Below the pieces are notes generated by a model. That model was not told where the DNA came from, searched no databases, and saw nothing but the letters and a program-made list of their open reading frames with translations. Position numbers and translations under genes: made by a program. Positions 1 to 8,373 of a stretch of DNA of 21,036 nucleotides are shown here, in pieces; the stretch's first letter is position 1; the number at the start of each line of letters is the position of its first letter. Where the stretch lies: the IMG/VR virus record IMGVR_UViG_2563366928_000010. The stretch is one strand, 5' to 3'. The DNA is from a virus (Duplodnaviria > Heunggongvirae > Uroviricota > Caudoviricetes).

Positions 1-150
1 CAGCAGCCCAAACAGCAGACTCCCCAGCACGCCTATTGCCGCCCACTGAGACGGGGAAACCCTGTCCAGCAACTGCAGGAACCAGTAGCCCGTTCCCACC
101 GCTGACGTGGTGTATGACACACCTGTTGTGATTTTTTCCATCTGGTACAT
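1..150 (-). CDS. S: Class II holin (phage 21 / 933W S-type), N-terminal 50 codons; gene continues past the window start
   Basis: Minus-strand ATG at 150 with GGGAGA SD about 6 nt upstream; translation [50 protein letters not shown] matches recalled lambdoid class II holins; dual Met (M1/M4) start typical of holin/antiholin pairs. Confidence 0.8.
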   Translation of the reverse strand, partial: MYQMEKITTGVSYTTSAVGTGYWFLQLLDRVSPSQWAAIGVLGSLLFGLL

Positions 151-226
151 ACCCCGTCTCCCGTTATCCGGAAGCTCACAACAATATAAAGACCACCGGC
201 ACACACCGATGGTCCCTTGCGCAGGC

Positions 227-475
227 TTACATCATCATGTCGCTGTCAGGTGTGGGTTCACCGCCATCTGAAGCACTCCCGTCACCCGCGATACCTTCCG
301 GCTCCGGAACCGCTGGTACGCCCAGCAGCTCATCCAGAATGGCATCCACTTCTGCATCAAGACGCGCCTCAAGGTTCTGGCGGAGTTTCTGTTTCAGTGC
401 ACTCCGGACTTCTTCAGAGCGCAGGACTTCCTTCACTGCCTCAGCAGTGACCAGGGATGTGATTTCTGACATGGG
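227..475 (-). CDS. Small acidic hypothetical protein (83 aa) upstream of the holin
   Basis: Internal ATG at 475 of ORF 227..646 preceded by GAGA SD; protein [30 protein letters not shown]... with acidic C-terminus; position between esterase and holin as in 933W-like late regions. Confidence 0.5.
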   Translation of the reverse strand, partial: PMSEITSLVTAEAVKEVLRSEEVRSALKQKLRQNLEARLDAEVDAILDELLGVPAVPEPEGIAGDGSASDGGEPTPDSDMMM

Positions 476-509
476 ATTTTCTCGTTGAAAGGTGTTGTCA
501 AGAAAGTGA

Positions 510-692
510 CTACGGAATGAGCGGATCTTCGGGTTTGCTTCCGGCTGACTGACTGGCGCTGATTCTCTCAGCGGCCCTTTTATCAATCTGCCTGCGCCAG
601 AAATCGCGCACTGCCCTGTACCCACCCGAAAGAAGATACATAACACAGACTGCCGTACAGAAGTACAGCATCACCTGATGAATAAATGTCAT
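510..692 (-). CDS. Small hypothetical protein with one hydrophobic segment (60 aa)
   Basis: ORF with hydrophobic stretch LYFCTAVCVMYLL followed by basic residues; weak SD; same strand as late operon. Confidence 0.35.
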   Translation of the reverse strand: MTFIHQVMLYFCTAVCVMYLLSGGYRAVRDFWRRQIDKRAAERISASQSAGSKPEDPLIP

Positions 693-789
693 AATTTCTT
701 ACCGTTATGGTTGACAATGAGAACTGTTTTCATTTAAAAAACCGATATACGAAAGCATCTTTTCTTTACATTCTCCATTGGGATTACCT

Positions 790-827
790 CCGCCAGCTTC
801 CATTCCTGCCGCTGGCGGCCTTTTTTT
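790..827 (+). terminator. Putative rho-independent terminator on plus strand
   Basis: 8 bp stem CCGCCAGC/GCTGGCGG (790-797 and 811-818) with 13 nt loop followed by T7 run 821-827. Confidence 0.4.
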
Positions 828-828
828 A

Positions 829-2789
829 TCATGCCGCAGCATCCGCGTTGTTCACTTCCACCTTCACACTGTCAATCAGCAGCGTATATGTCGCCGCCTT
901 TGATATGCCTGTCAGTTGCAGTTTGTCCGCCGCCCCTGATGCCGGAGATTTCACCAGTGTGAACGGCGTCCCCCGTTTCTCATCCAGTACCGGCGTCACC
1001 TGAATGCTGTTGTTTCCGGCAAACTCAAAAGCCAGTGTGTGCCATCCGTTATCAAAGACCCCGAACGTATCCAGCTTCGCATTCGGCTTCTTGTGGTGCA
1101 TCGCGTTCAGGTTCGTCGCATCCGTCTGCAGGAAGAAGGACATCAGCATGTCGTTGCCTTCCTCTGCCAGCGTCACTCCCTCCGGCAGGGACGACAACTG
1201 CCAGTAAATGCCCAGGGCAAACTGATTCGGCACCAGTGAACCCGGCAACTTAAACCGTACGCTCACACGTCCCCCCTTCTTCAGTAACTCCACTCCCTGT
1301 CCGGCTGCATCATGCTCCAGAAACCAGATGTGGTTTTCCGGTTTATTCAGTTGCAGGGCCTTACCTCCCGTAGCCCCCGCATCACTGACCACCGCTTCAG
1401 CAATGTTTTTGTTAACATTGTCTCCGCTCGCCGGTTTGTGATAATAGCGCCAGCCCTGTGATGCCAGGTCTTCGCCGGACGCCAGCAGACTCATCAGGGT
1501 TCGGTTACTGACCGGGGCTTCCGGCTCTCTCTCCGTACCTTCACCGGAAGGTCCGGTGGGCTTCACCGTATCAGGCTGTTTTCCGGTAATGAATTCAGCG
1601 TTTCTCCCGGCATGCACAAGAATCGCCGTTGCCAGACGGTCGGAAATAATCCCACGACGTGCCCATGATCCAAAATGCGTTTTACGGTCAGCCGTCGTCC
1701 AGGTTTTGGCGTCCGTTCGACCACCGGCTACGTAATACCCAATATCCGCAACATCCGGATCTTCTGACGGCTCGTTGGTACCCACATTTCGCCCGTTTTC
1801 ATCCGTCATAAACGGCACAAAGAAGATTTTTTTTGCGGATTTCGTCTTGTATGCACCATACACCGCATCGTATTGCGAAGAATAAGTCTGCTTCCAGTAG
1901 TAGGTCGTGTCGCCACAAATCCAGGGAACTGATGACGGAGAGCCCCCGAGACACTGACCTCCGAATTCCGACAGGTCAGAACGATATTTTTCCACCATGG
2001 AATCAAACAGCCCCGGCTGAGTGGCGTATGCACCCTGTTTCAAATCAAACTCGCCCTGCATCCAGACCACTGCAAGCAGAATATTTTTAGGGTTGGCCTT
2101 CAGTGCGGCCTGAGTACGGGTAAGCAGGTCCTTGTACAGTGGCTTATCTACACCCCAGCGTGCCGAGGTCTCGCTTGCGCCGGTGGATTCGCTGAAGGTA
2201 CCTTCATCGCCCGCCAAAAATGCAGAACCACCACGGCAGCACGGAACCAGAAGAATACCGGCATTCGCCGGAATAAACGGCAACAATTTCTTCGCGATAT
2301 GTAATCCCTGCCCCACGCATCCATACTGAGCTGCGCTGGCTTTCGGGTGTGAAAACTTACTCAAATCCTGAACATCATGCAGGCAGTGGTCCGCAGGAAT
2401 AATGTCATTGTAGTTACAGGACGCACCACCCGGCGTGACAGTGCTGCGACGCGCCAGCTGTTTAATACGCGGGTCCGGACGGTCATATGTCTCCGGCAGC
2501 GGAAGCCCTTCACCATACGCCATACCGTTTGACTGCCCGGCCAGGGCAACAACAAAGTAATACTCCGGGTTGCTGGTGGTGCTGATAACTGCGCCTTCTC
2601 CATCCGACGGCTTCACCACCACAGGTGTGGTGACATCACCTTCCGCCGCAATGGCCTGCATCAGGGTATAAGGCGTGATGGCCACCGGACTGCAAATGGC
2701 TGCCACCCCTCCTTCAGTTTTTGTGTCAGTCGTTTCGCAAGGTCTGACGGCGATGCCGCCCTGACCACGTCATAGTGTTTAAATGCCAT
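829..2789 (-). pseudogene. nanS-p: Prophage sialate O-acetylesterase NanS-p-like gene (SASA/SGNH esterase core), apparently disrupted by a single-base frameshift near codon 30
   Basis: Strong SD GGGAGG + ATG at 2789 gives MAFKHYDVVRAASPSDLAKRLTQKLKEGWQPF then stops at 2661-2663 after 42 codons; 625-codon ORF 829..2706 continues in another frame with no ATG (only GTG with adjacent SD); GQSNG esterase motif in the long frame. Confidence 0.6.
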
Positions 2790-2982
2790 GAATCCTCCCG
2801 GCCGGGATAATATTGTGAGTAAAATAAGGAGCGGGCTGAAGTCCGGAAGTTACAGGACAATGGCAGAAGAGAGACGACAGCCCGCAATTCGAAAAAGACC
2901 GCGCAGTTGCGCAGAGTGATTACTATGGGGTATTATTCGTCAGCTGAAATATTACTTCACGTTTTATTGTTTATTCCTTGCC

Positions 2983-3011
2983 GCCCGCGTCTCCCAGCGC
3001 GGGCTTTTTTT
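2983..3011 (+). terminator. Rho-independent terminator on plus strand
   Basis: Stem GCCCGCG/CGCGGGC (2983-2989, 2997-3003), 7 nt loop, followed by T8 run 3004-3011. Confidence 0.5.
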
Positions 3012-3387
3012 GTCCATAAGAAAGCCCCTCCGGAGAGGGGCTGGAGAGTGGCGCTATGTGCCATTGCATGGTGCCGGGTGCCTCCCGGTGAGTTCAGCCC
3101 GGTGACACTGAACCCGCGTCATTCTCGTTTTGATAATCAGAGATTATACCATCACCAGTCGCCCCTCCGCTCAGGGGGATTCACCATGCCGTTCTCTTTT
3201 AACAAATTCGCCGCTAACAGGACAACATTCCGCTTTCTGAGTTGTGAGGAATTTAACACTTCACACCTGTGTGCATTTTCTACAGGCTGCTCCCAGCACC
3301 ACAATACATCGCAGGCAACAGAAGCCAAATGCCCCACCACAGAAAAAACATGCAATTATGATTATTGTTTACTGCAAAGATGTAGAA

Positions 3388-3816
3388 TCACGGTTTAAAA
3401 TCCAGCACTCCATTGTGAAATACTTTATATACTTCCGGAGACGGCGGAACTGGTATATCAGCATGCTTCACCGCATTCATCGCTTCACGACATAAATCGG
3501 GGTCTCCACCTTCTCTTTTAACCTGTAGCAGAAGACCATTCGGGGCCATATACATTCTCAGTGAACACTCTTTTCCTGAATACTTACTCGCATCCTTTAA
3601 CTGTTCTTCTATGGCTTTCCTGACCTGAATGGCATACTGCCTGATTTCTTCACTGGCATCAGGGGTACGTTCCGATGAGCTCAAATTTTGCGACTTTATT
3701 AATTTATCTGAGTGATACAGAGAAGCATCATAATTATTTGTCGATACATCTTTTGTGCAGCCAGTTGTCAGACTGGCTAATATCAAAACAAGAACTGGTA
3801 CAGCACGGCAATACAT
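3388..3816 (-). CDS. Lipoprotein with TolA C-terminal (domain III)-like domain, 142 aa
   Basis: ATG at 3816 with GGAGA SD 8 nt upstream; signal peptide MYCRAVPVLVLILASLTTGC with lipobox; C-terminal half SKYSGKECSLRMYMAPNGLLLQVKREGGDPDLCREAMNAVKHADIPVPPSPEVYKVFHNGVLDFKP resembles recalled E. coli TolA C-terminus (...SYAGKTCTLRIKLAPDGMLLDIKPEGGDPALCQAAL...VYEVFKNAPLDFKP). Confidence 0.7.
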   Translation of the reverse strand: MYCRAVPVLVLILASLTTGCTKDVSTNNYDASLYHSDKLIKSQNLSSSERTPDASEEIRQYAIQVRKAIEEQLKDASKYSGKECSLRMYMAPNGLLLQVKREGGDPDLCREAMNAVKHADIPVPPSPEVYKVFHNGVLDFKP

Positions 3817-4094
3817 TTATCCATCTCCATATTAACAAGAACAATTATCTATAAAATATAGTAAATATGCGGGATCCGGGAGGACTTGTAACTATCATCT
3901 CCGGATCAGCATGTAGTTTTTATTTTTCCGGATGATATATGCCGCAATAATACCTCTGCATACAGATGCCTGCAAATATCTGCGAAGCATCCGGCGAGAA
4001 TAAACAAGGAAGTCTGAGGCTATCTTATATGATAGCCTGTTGCTCAAAAGACAATGATTCACTCATCAGAACCAACAACGCATAATGCAGATAA

Positions 4095-4171
4095 TGGACC
4101 GCCATCGAGGACTCGAACCCCGCGCAGCCAGCTTCGAAGGCTGGCGCTCTATCCCGATGAGCTAATGGCGG
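4095..4171 (-). tRNA. tRNA-Arg (anticodon UCG)
   Basis: 77 nt cloverleaf CCGCCAT..GCTC/GAGC D-stem..anticodon stem CCAGC/GCTGG with loop CTTCGAA..T-loop TTCGAGT..ATGGCGG-T-CCA, folded by hand. Confidence 0.75.
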
Positions 4172-4180
4172 TATGTGATA

Positions 4181-4256
4181 TGGTGGCCCTTGCTGGATTT
4201 GAACCAGCGACCTGGCGATTATGAGTCGCTCGCTCTCACCACTGAGCTAAAGGGCC
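4181..4256 (-). tRNA. tRNA with CAU anticodon, ileX/ileZ-like (tRNA-Ile2 lysidine type; would score as tRNA-Met in automated tools)
   Basis: GGCCCTTTAGCTCAGTGGTGAGAGCGAGCGACTCATAATCGCCAGGTCGCTGGTTCAAATCCAGCAAGGGCCACCA; closer to recalled E. coli ileX than to elongator tRNA-Met. Confidence 0.8.
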
Positions 4257-4296
4257 GGGCGCAGGATAATAACGGTACGTAACTAATTCTGCAATA

Positions 4297-4555
4297 TCAT
4301 CCGTTCTGACTGACTAAATCCTGAACTTCCCGAACCGTCTGCTCAAAACGTTCAGTCTCCAGCTCAACGCCTGTAGCACGACGGCCCAGTGCCAGTGCAG
4401 CTTTAACTGTTGAACCTGACCCCATAAAAAAATCTGCAACCAGGTCACCCGGACGACTGCTTGCGCTGATTATCTGCTGCAGCATTTCTGCCGGTTTTTC
4501 GCACGGATGTTTCCCGGGATAGAACTGCACCGGTTTATGCGTCCAGACATCGGTA
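4297..4555 (-). pseudogene. C-terminal remnant of a beta-class N6A/N4C DNA methyltransferase, ending at the IS1 boundary
   Basis: Translation ...HKPVQFYPGKHPCEKPAEMLQQIISASSRPGDLVADFFMGSGSTVKAALALGRRATGVELE carries motif-I-like FxGSGST and KP motif; reading frame upstream of IS1 hits a stop within about 50 codons and shows no catalytic DPPY region. Confidence 0.5.
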
Positions 4556-4570
4556 GGTAATGACTCCAAC

Positions 4571-5074
4571 TTATTGATAGTGTTTTATGTTCAGATAATG
4601 CCCGATGACTTTGTCATGCAGCTCCACCGATTTTGAGAACGACAGCAACTTCCGTCCCAGCCGTGCCAGGTGCTGCCTCAGATTCAGGTTATGCCGCTCA
4701 ATTCGCTGCGTATATCGCTTGCTGATTACGTGCAGCTTTCCCTTCAGGCGGGATTCATACAGCGGCCAGCCATCCGTCATCCATATCACCACGTCAAAGG
4801 GTGACAGCAGGCTCATAAGACGCCCCAGCGTCGCCATAGTGCGTTCACCGAATACGTGCGCAACAACCGTCTTCCGGAGACTGTCATACGCGTAAAACAG
4901 CCAGCGCTGGCGCGATTTAGCCCCGACATAGCCCCACTGTTCGTCCATTTCCGCGCAGACGATGACGTCACTGCCCGGCTGTATGCGCGAGGTTACCGAC
5001 TGCGGCCTGAGTTTTTTAAGTGACGTAAAATCGTGTTGAGGCCAACGCCCATAATGCGGGCAGTTGCCCGGCAT
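4571..5074 (-). CDS. insB: IS1 transposase InsB (expressed as InsAB' by frameshift)
   Basis: 167 aa ORF overlapping insA 3' end in the -1 frame, as in IS1. Confidence 0.85.
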
Positions 5075-5268
5075 CCAACGCCATTCATGGCCATATCAAT
5101 GATTTTCTGGTGCGTACCGGGTTGAGAAGCGGTGTAAGTGAACTGCAGTTGCCATGTTTTACGGCAGTGAGAGCAGAGATAGCGCTGATGTCCGGCGGTG
5201 CTTTTGCCGTTACGCACCACCCCGTCAGTAGCTGAACAGGAGGGACAGCTGATAGAAACAGAAGCCAC
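4993..5268 (-). CDS. insA: IS1 transposase InsA
   Basis: 91 aa [43 protein letters not shown]... Zn-finger InsA. Confidence 0.9.
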
Positions 5269-5408
5269 TGGAGCACCTCAAAAACACCATCATACACTAA
5301 ATCAGTAAGTTGGCAGCATCACCCATCGGTATACGGCACCTGCGCCGTCACGCCAAAATACCGCCGCAGTCGGCATTCACAACCACCAGCGCATTTAACG
5401 TTCAGGCA

Positions 5409-5433
5409 CAAAAAAACCCGCTCGACGGCGGGT
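5409..5433 (-). terminator. Putative intrinsic terminator (minus-strand sense)
   Basis: Hairpin ACCCGC-tcgacg-GCGGGT (5416-5433) preceded on plus strand by A7 (a U-run after the hairpin on the minus strand). Confidence 0.45.
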
Positions 5434-5479
5434 TTAAGCTGTGTGACGAAGTAACCACTCTTAACAGCATAACCAATTT

Positions 5480-5861
5480 TTTACGTACGTAAACTACTAA
5501 ATGATATTTGTGAGAATGCCACCGAGTGTTCAAAACACCACCACAAATACATAAGAAAACTTCAACAAATAACCAATGAATAATTTCCGATGTTATTTTT
5601 AGGTTGTTTAAATTAAGCCAAAAAATTATAGGGCGCTTATAAATAAGTGTCATTAATATAAATCAGCTAATAGATTTATTTTTGTTCAAACAAGAGCCAT
5701 GAATAGGATTAGATAGAAAAGGTTCAGATAAAAATAGAGATCTACGTCACAAATTAAATGAGAAACTAAAACTTACATCTTGAAATAATCACATTGATTA
5801 GATGAATATTTATCGCGCAGTGACATCATTTTTTTATAATAGTTCAAAAAAAGGGCGTACA
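5480..5861 (+). promoter_or_regulatory. AT-rich upstream regulatory region of the porin gene (exact promoter not resolved)
   Basis: About 380 bp strongly AT-rich non-coding DNA immediately upstream of the porin start, typical of enterobacterial porin control regions. Confidence 0.35.
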
Positions 5862-6944
5862 ATGAAAAAATTAACAGTGGCAATTTCTGCTGTAGCTGCA
5901 TCAGTACTGATGGCGATGTCTGCTCAGGCAGCTGAAATTTATAATAAAGACAGTAACAAGCTGGATCTATACGGGAAAGTTAATGCCAAGCACTACTTCT
6001 CCTCTAATGATGCAGATGATGGTGATACTACTTATGCTCGTCTTGGCTTCAAAGGTGAAACCCAAATCAACGATCAACTGACTGGTTTCGGTCAGTGGGA
6101 ATATGACTTCAAAGGCAACCGTGCTGAATCTCAAGGTTCTTCCAAAGACAAAACCCGTCTTGCATTTGCAGGCCTGAAATTTGGTGATTACGGCTCAATC
6201 GATTACGGTCGTAACTACGGTGTAGCATACGACATCGGTGCGTGGACTGACGTTCTGCCAGAATTCGGTGGTGATACCTGGACCCAGACAGATGTGTTCA
6301 TGACTGGCCGCACTACTGGTGTTGCAACTTATCGTAACAACGACTTCTTTGGTCTGGTCGATGGCCTGAACTTTGCTGCTCAGTATCAGGGTAAAAATGA
6401 CCGCACTGACGTAACTGAAGCCAATGGTGATGGTTTCGGTTTCTCCACTACTTATGAGTATGAAGGATTCGGCGTGGGTGCAACCTATGCTAAATCAGAT
6501 CGCACTGACGGTCAGGTCGCCTATGGTAAGAGCAAATTCAATGCCTCCGGCAAAAATGCGGAAGTATGGGCTGCAGGCCTGAAATATGATGCGAACAATA
6601 TCTATCTGGCTACCACATATTCTGAAACTCAGAATATGACCGTTTTTGGTAATAACCATATTGCAAACAAAGCACAAAACTTTGAAGCAGTAGCACAATA
6701 TCAGTTTGACTTCGGTCTGCGCCCATCTGTTGCTTACCTTCAGTCAAAAGGTAAAGACCTTGGTGTTCATGGTGACCGAGACTTAGTCAAGTATGTCGAT
6801 GTCGGTGCTACTTACTACTTTAATAAAAACATGTCCACTTTTGTTGATTACAAAATCAACTTAATTGACGATAGTAAGTTTACCAAAACAGCTGGTATTG
6901 ATACCGACGACATCGTCGCTGTAGGTCTGGTTTATCAGTTCTAA
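5862..6944 (+). CDS. nmpC: Outer-membrane general porin, NmpC/Lc/OmpC family (phage-borne)
   Basis: ATG at 5862 with AAGGG SD; signal peptide [23 protein letters not shown]; [16 protein letters not shown]... and C-terminal ...VGLVYQF beta-barrel terminus; matches recalled NmpC/Lc porins. Confidence 0.85.
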   Translation: MKKLTVAISAVAASVLMAMSAQAAEIYNKDSNKLDLYGKVNAKHYFSSNDADDGDTTYARLGFKGETQINDQLTGFGQWEYDFKGNRAESQGSSKDKTRLAFAGLKFGDYGSIDYGRNYGVAYDIGAWTDVLPEFGGDTWTQTDVFMTGRTTGVATYRNNDFFGLVDGLNFAAQYQGKNDRTDVTEANGDGFGFSTTYEYEGFGVGATYAKSDRTDGQVAYGKSKFNASGKNAEVWAAGLKYDANNIYLATTYSETQNMTVFGNNHIANKAQNFEAVAQYQFDFGLRPSVAYLQSKGKDLGVHGDRDLVKYVDVGATYYFNKNMSTFVDYKINLIDDSKFTKTAGIDTDDIVAVGLVYQF

Positions 6945-6954
6945 TCTGACTTAC

Positions 6955-6995
6955 GAAAAAGATATGTTGCGGGAGGCTTTGCCTCCCCAACATAT
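6955..6995 (-). terminator. Intrinsic terminator for minus-strand transcripts downstream of Q (tR'-like position)
   Basis: Near-perfect 15 bp inverted repeat ATATGTTGCGGGAGGC / GCCTCCCCAACATAT (6963-6995) followed on the minus strand by a U5 run (plus A-run 6956-6960); about 170 nt downstream of the Q stop. Confidence 0.5.
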
Positions 6996-7081
6996 AAGTG
7001 GAGCCCTCAAGCCACTTCCTTTAGAAGCACTACCTTGCTTCTTACTATATAAACCTTCTGTTATATATTACCCTTTATTTT

Positions 7082-7106
7082 GGGGGCGTTTCCACGCCCC
7101 ATTTTT
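7082..7106 (+). terminator. Intrinsic terminator of the porin gene
   Basis: Stem GGGGCG/CGCCCC (7083-7088, 7095-7100) with 6 nt loop then T5 run 7102-7106. Confidence 0.6.
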
Positions 7107-7132
7107 AATAACTTTTAGTAAACAATTGCATA

Positions 7133-7516
7133 TCAATTAGAATTATTAGCAACGATATCCATATCTAACCGGATATCTAATGCCATTAACATCCCTTCAA
7201 TTATGCCCTCAGCCTTCTGTAACCTTTTCCCGATATAACCATCCGAGCAGCAATGCTTACTTGCCAGTGACATGAATGTCATACCACATACATAATAATC
7301 TACTAATAAATCGTGTAAATCGCTGTTGTTCTTTTTCAGACGGGCCATGCACCCGCAAATGATCATCGCGTCATCGTCACAACATTGCGGGCGAGATTTT
7401 ACTTTTGAAGGAATTAATCCCTTAAAACCGGCAGCAATGGACGACCAGGTCACATCCTCATGATTATTTGCCGCCCATGCGCCCCAGCGTTCAAGAACCA
7501 TCTGAATATCACGCAT
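7133..7516 (-). CDS. Q: Late-gene antiterminator Q (phage 82 / DLP12 QuuD type)
   Basis: 127 aa from ATG at 7516: [60 protein letters not shown]... with Cys-rich Zn-binding region; matches recalled DLP12 YbcQ/QuuD. Confidence 0.8.
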   Translation of the reverse strand: MRDIQMVLERWGAWAANNHEDVTWSSIAAGFKGLIPSKVKSRPQCCDDDAMIICGCMARLKKNNSDLHDLLVDYYVCGMTFMSLASKHCCSDGYIGKRLQKAEGIIEGMLMALDIRLDMDIVANNSN

Positions 7517-8373
7517 TATTCGCACTCACCAACCAGATTGAGAATGACCGCTGCACCGTCGTCTTCCATGCATTCACCCTTACCACTTGCCAGAAACCAG
7601 CGGCACACCTCCACGGCTTCAGCGCGTGTCACCGGTTTGATGGTTGCCAGCAATTTTTCAAGGTAGCGCTCGCGGTCATATACCGATTCGTGATGCTCAG
7701 AGTAACCAAACTCATCGCCCTGTTCTTTAGTTGCAGTGTGGCGAACACTGTAGAGCCAGTCCCAGTAAACGAACTCGCGAACAACATCAGACAGCGTATA
7801 AGGCTCAGGCAGCACATCGCGATATCCATCAACAAATGCCCGACGCTGTTCATCAATTTCGTTCATGCGGCTGCCGCCAATGCTTCCGGCTTTTTTCTCT
7901 GCCGCAGTCCAGCCCCAGAGATGATCGTTGATAAATTTCTGGGAAGACCTGATGACCCGCTCTGCTTCCACATCTTCGAGCGCTGCTTCATAGCTACCAA
8001 ACGTAGCCCTGACTGATGCCGCTTTTTTGATGTTCTCCCGGGCGTTCCTGATAACCTGCGCAGGGTTATCCATGCCGATGATGCCGAACGCAACTTGGAA
8101 AGGTTCGTAACCATTCGCCAGCAGATAACGCGAATAGCGTTCCTGAGCCTCTTTTGGGGAAATTTTAATTTTCACCAGCGCAGCCTCAGCAGCATCCAGA
8201 TGTGCGGGTTCGTTCAGACGGATAACCTCCAGCACCCAAAGATAAGCATCAGTCTGCTTATGCCCGGTGATTCTCCGTTGCTCTGGCAGGGGCTTGATGT
8301 TTGCGAGGGCGGAGCTGTACGCTGCCGTCGGGATGGTGAATAGTGCTTTATGTTCGTTATTATCAGTACGCAT
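7516..8373 (-). CDS. Hypothetical phage protein, 285 aa, translationally coupled between primase and Q
   Basis: ATG at 8373 overlaps primase stop; stop overlaps Q start (TAATG); no family recognised by eye. Confidence 0.6.
   Translation of the reverse strand: MRTDNNEHKALFTIPTAAYSSALANIKPLPEQRRITGHKQTDAYLWVLEVIRLNEPAHLDAAEAALVKIKISPKEAQERYSRYLLANGYEPFQVAFGIIGMDNPAQVIRNARENIKKAASVRATFGSYEAALEDVEAERVIRSSQKFINDHLWGWTAAEKKAGSIGGSRMNEIDEQRRAFVDGYRDVLPEPYTLSDVVREFVYWDWLYSVRHTATKEQGDEFGYSEHHESVYDRERYLEKLLATIKPVTRAEAVEVCRWFLASGKGECMEDDGAAVILNLVGECE

Larger units (their letters stand above)
4556..5323 (-). mobile_element. IS1: IS1 insertion sequence, complete 768 bp
   Basis: Terminal inverted repeats GGTAATGACTCCAACTTA... 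(4556) and ...GTTGGCAGCATCACC (5323); insA and insB inside; flanked by 8 bp direct repeat CATCGGTA (4548-4555 and 5324-5331). Confidence 0.9.

Noticed and set aside
829-2706. Treating the GTG at 2706 (with adjacent AAGGAGG) as the genuine start of the esterase
   Set aside because: The SD ends only 1-2 nt before the GTG (too close), the start would remove the conserved N-terminal region, and a canonical SD-ATG lies 83 nt upstream in another frame; a frameshift is the better explanation.
2907-3398. 163 aa plus-strand ORF in the lipoprotein-esterase gap
   Set aside because: Runs through two terminator hairpins, has no SD and a low-complexity Cys/Arg-rich translation; treated as spurious non-coding DNA.
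2790-4094. Looked for Shiga toxin (stxA/stxB) or another AB5 toxin in the tRNA-to-esterase interval, as in 933W-like phages
   Set aside because: The only convincing ORF there is the 142 aa TolA-like lipoprotein; no ORF of stxA size or with a toxin-like signal-peptide pair was found.
3817-4094. Third tRNA or a terminator between the lipoprotein gene and tRNA-Arg; inverted repeat AGGCTATC-ttatat-GATAGCCT at about 4018-4039
   Set aside because: No cloverleaf could be folded; the hairpin lacks a following U-run in either orientation, so it was not called as a terminator.
7468-8016. 182 aa plus-strand ORF and other ORFs antisense to the Q/285 aa/primase/helicase genes (for example 8343..8666, 9466..9948, 9967..10296)
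   Set aside because: Entirely antisense to well-supported minus-strand genes with recognisable motifs; no independent start signals.
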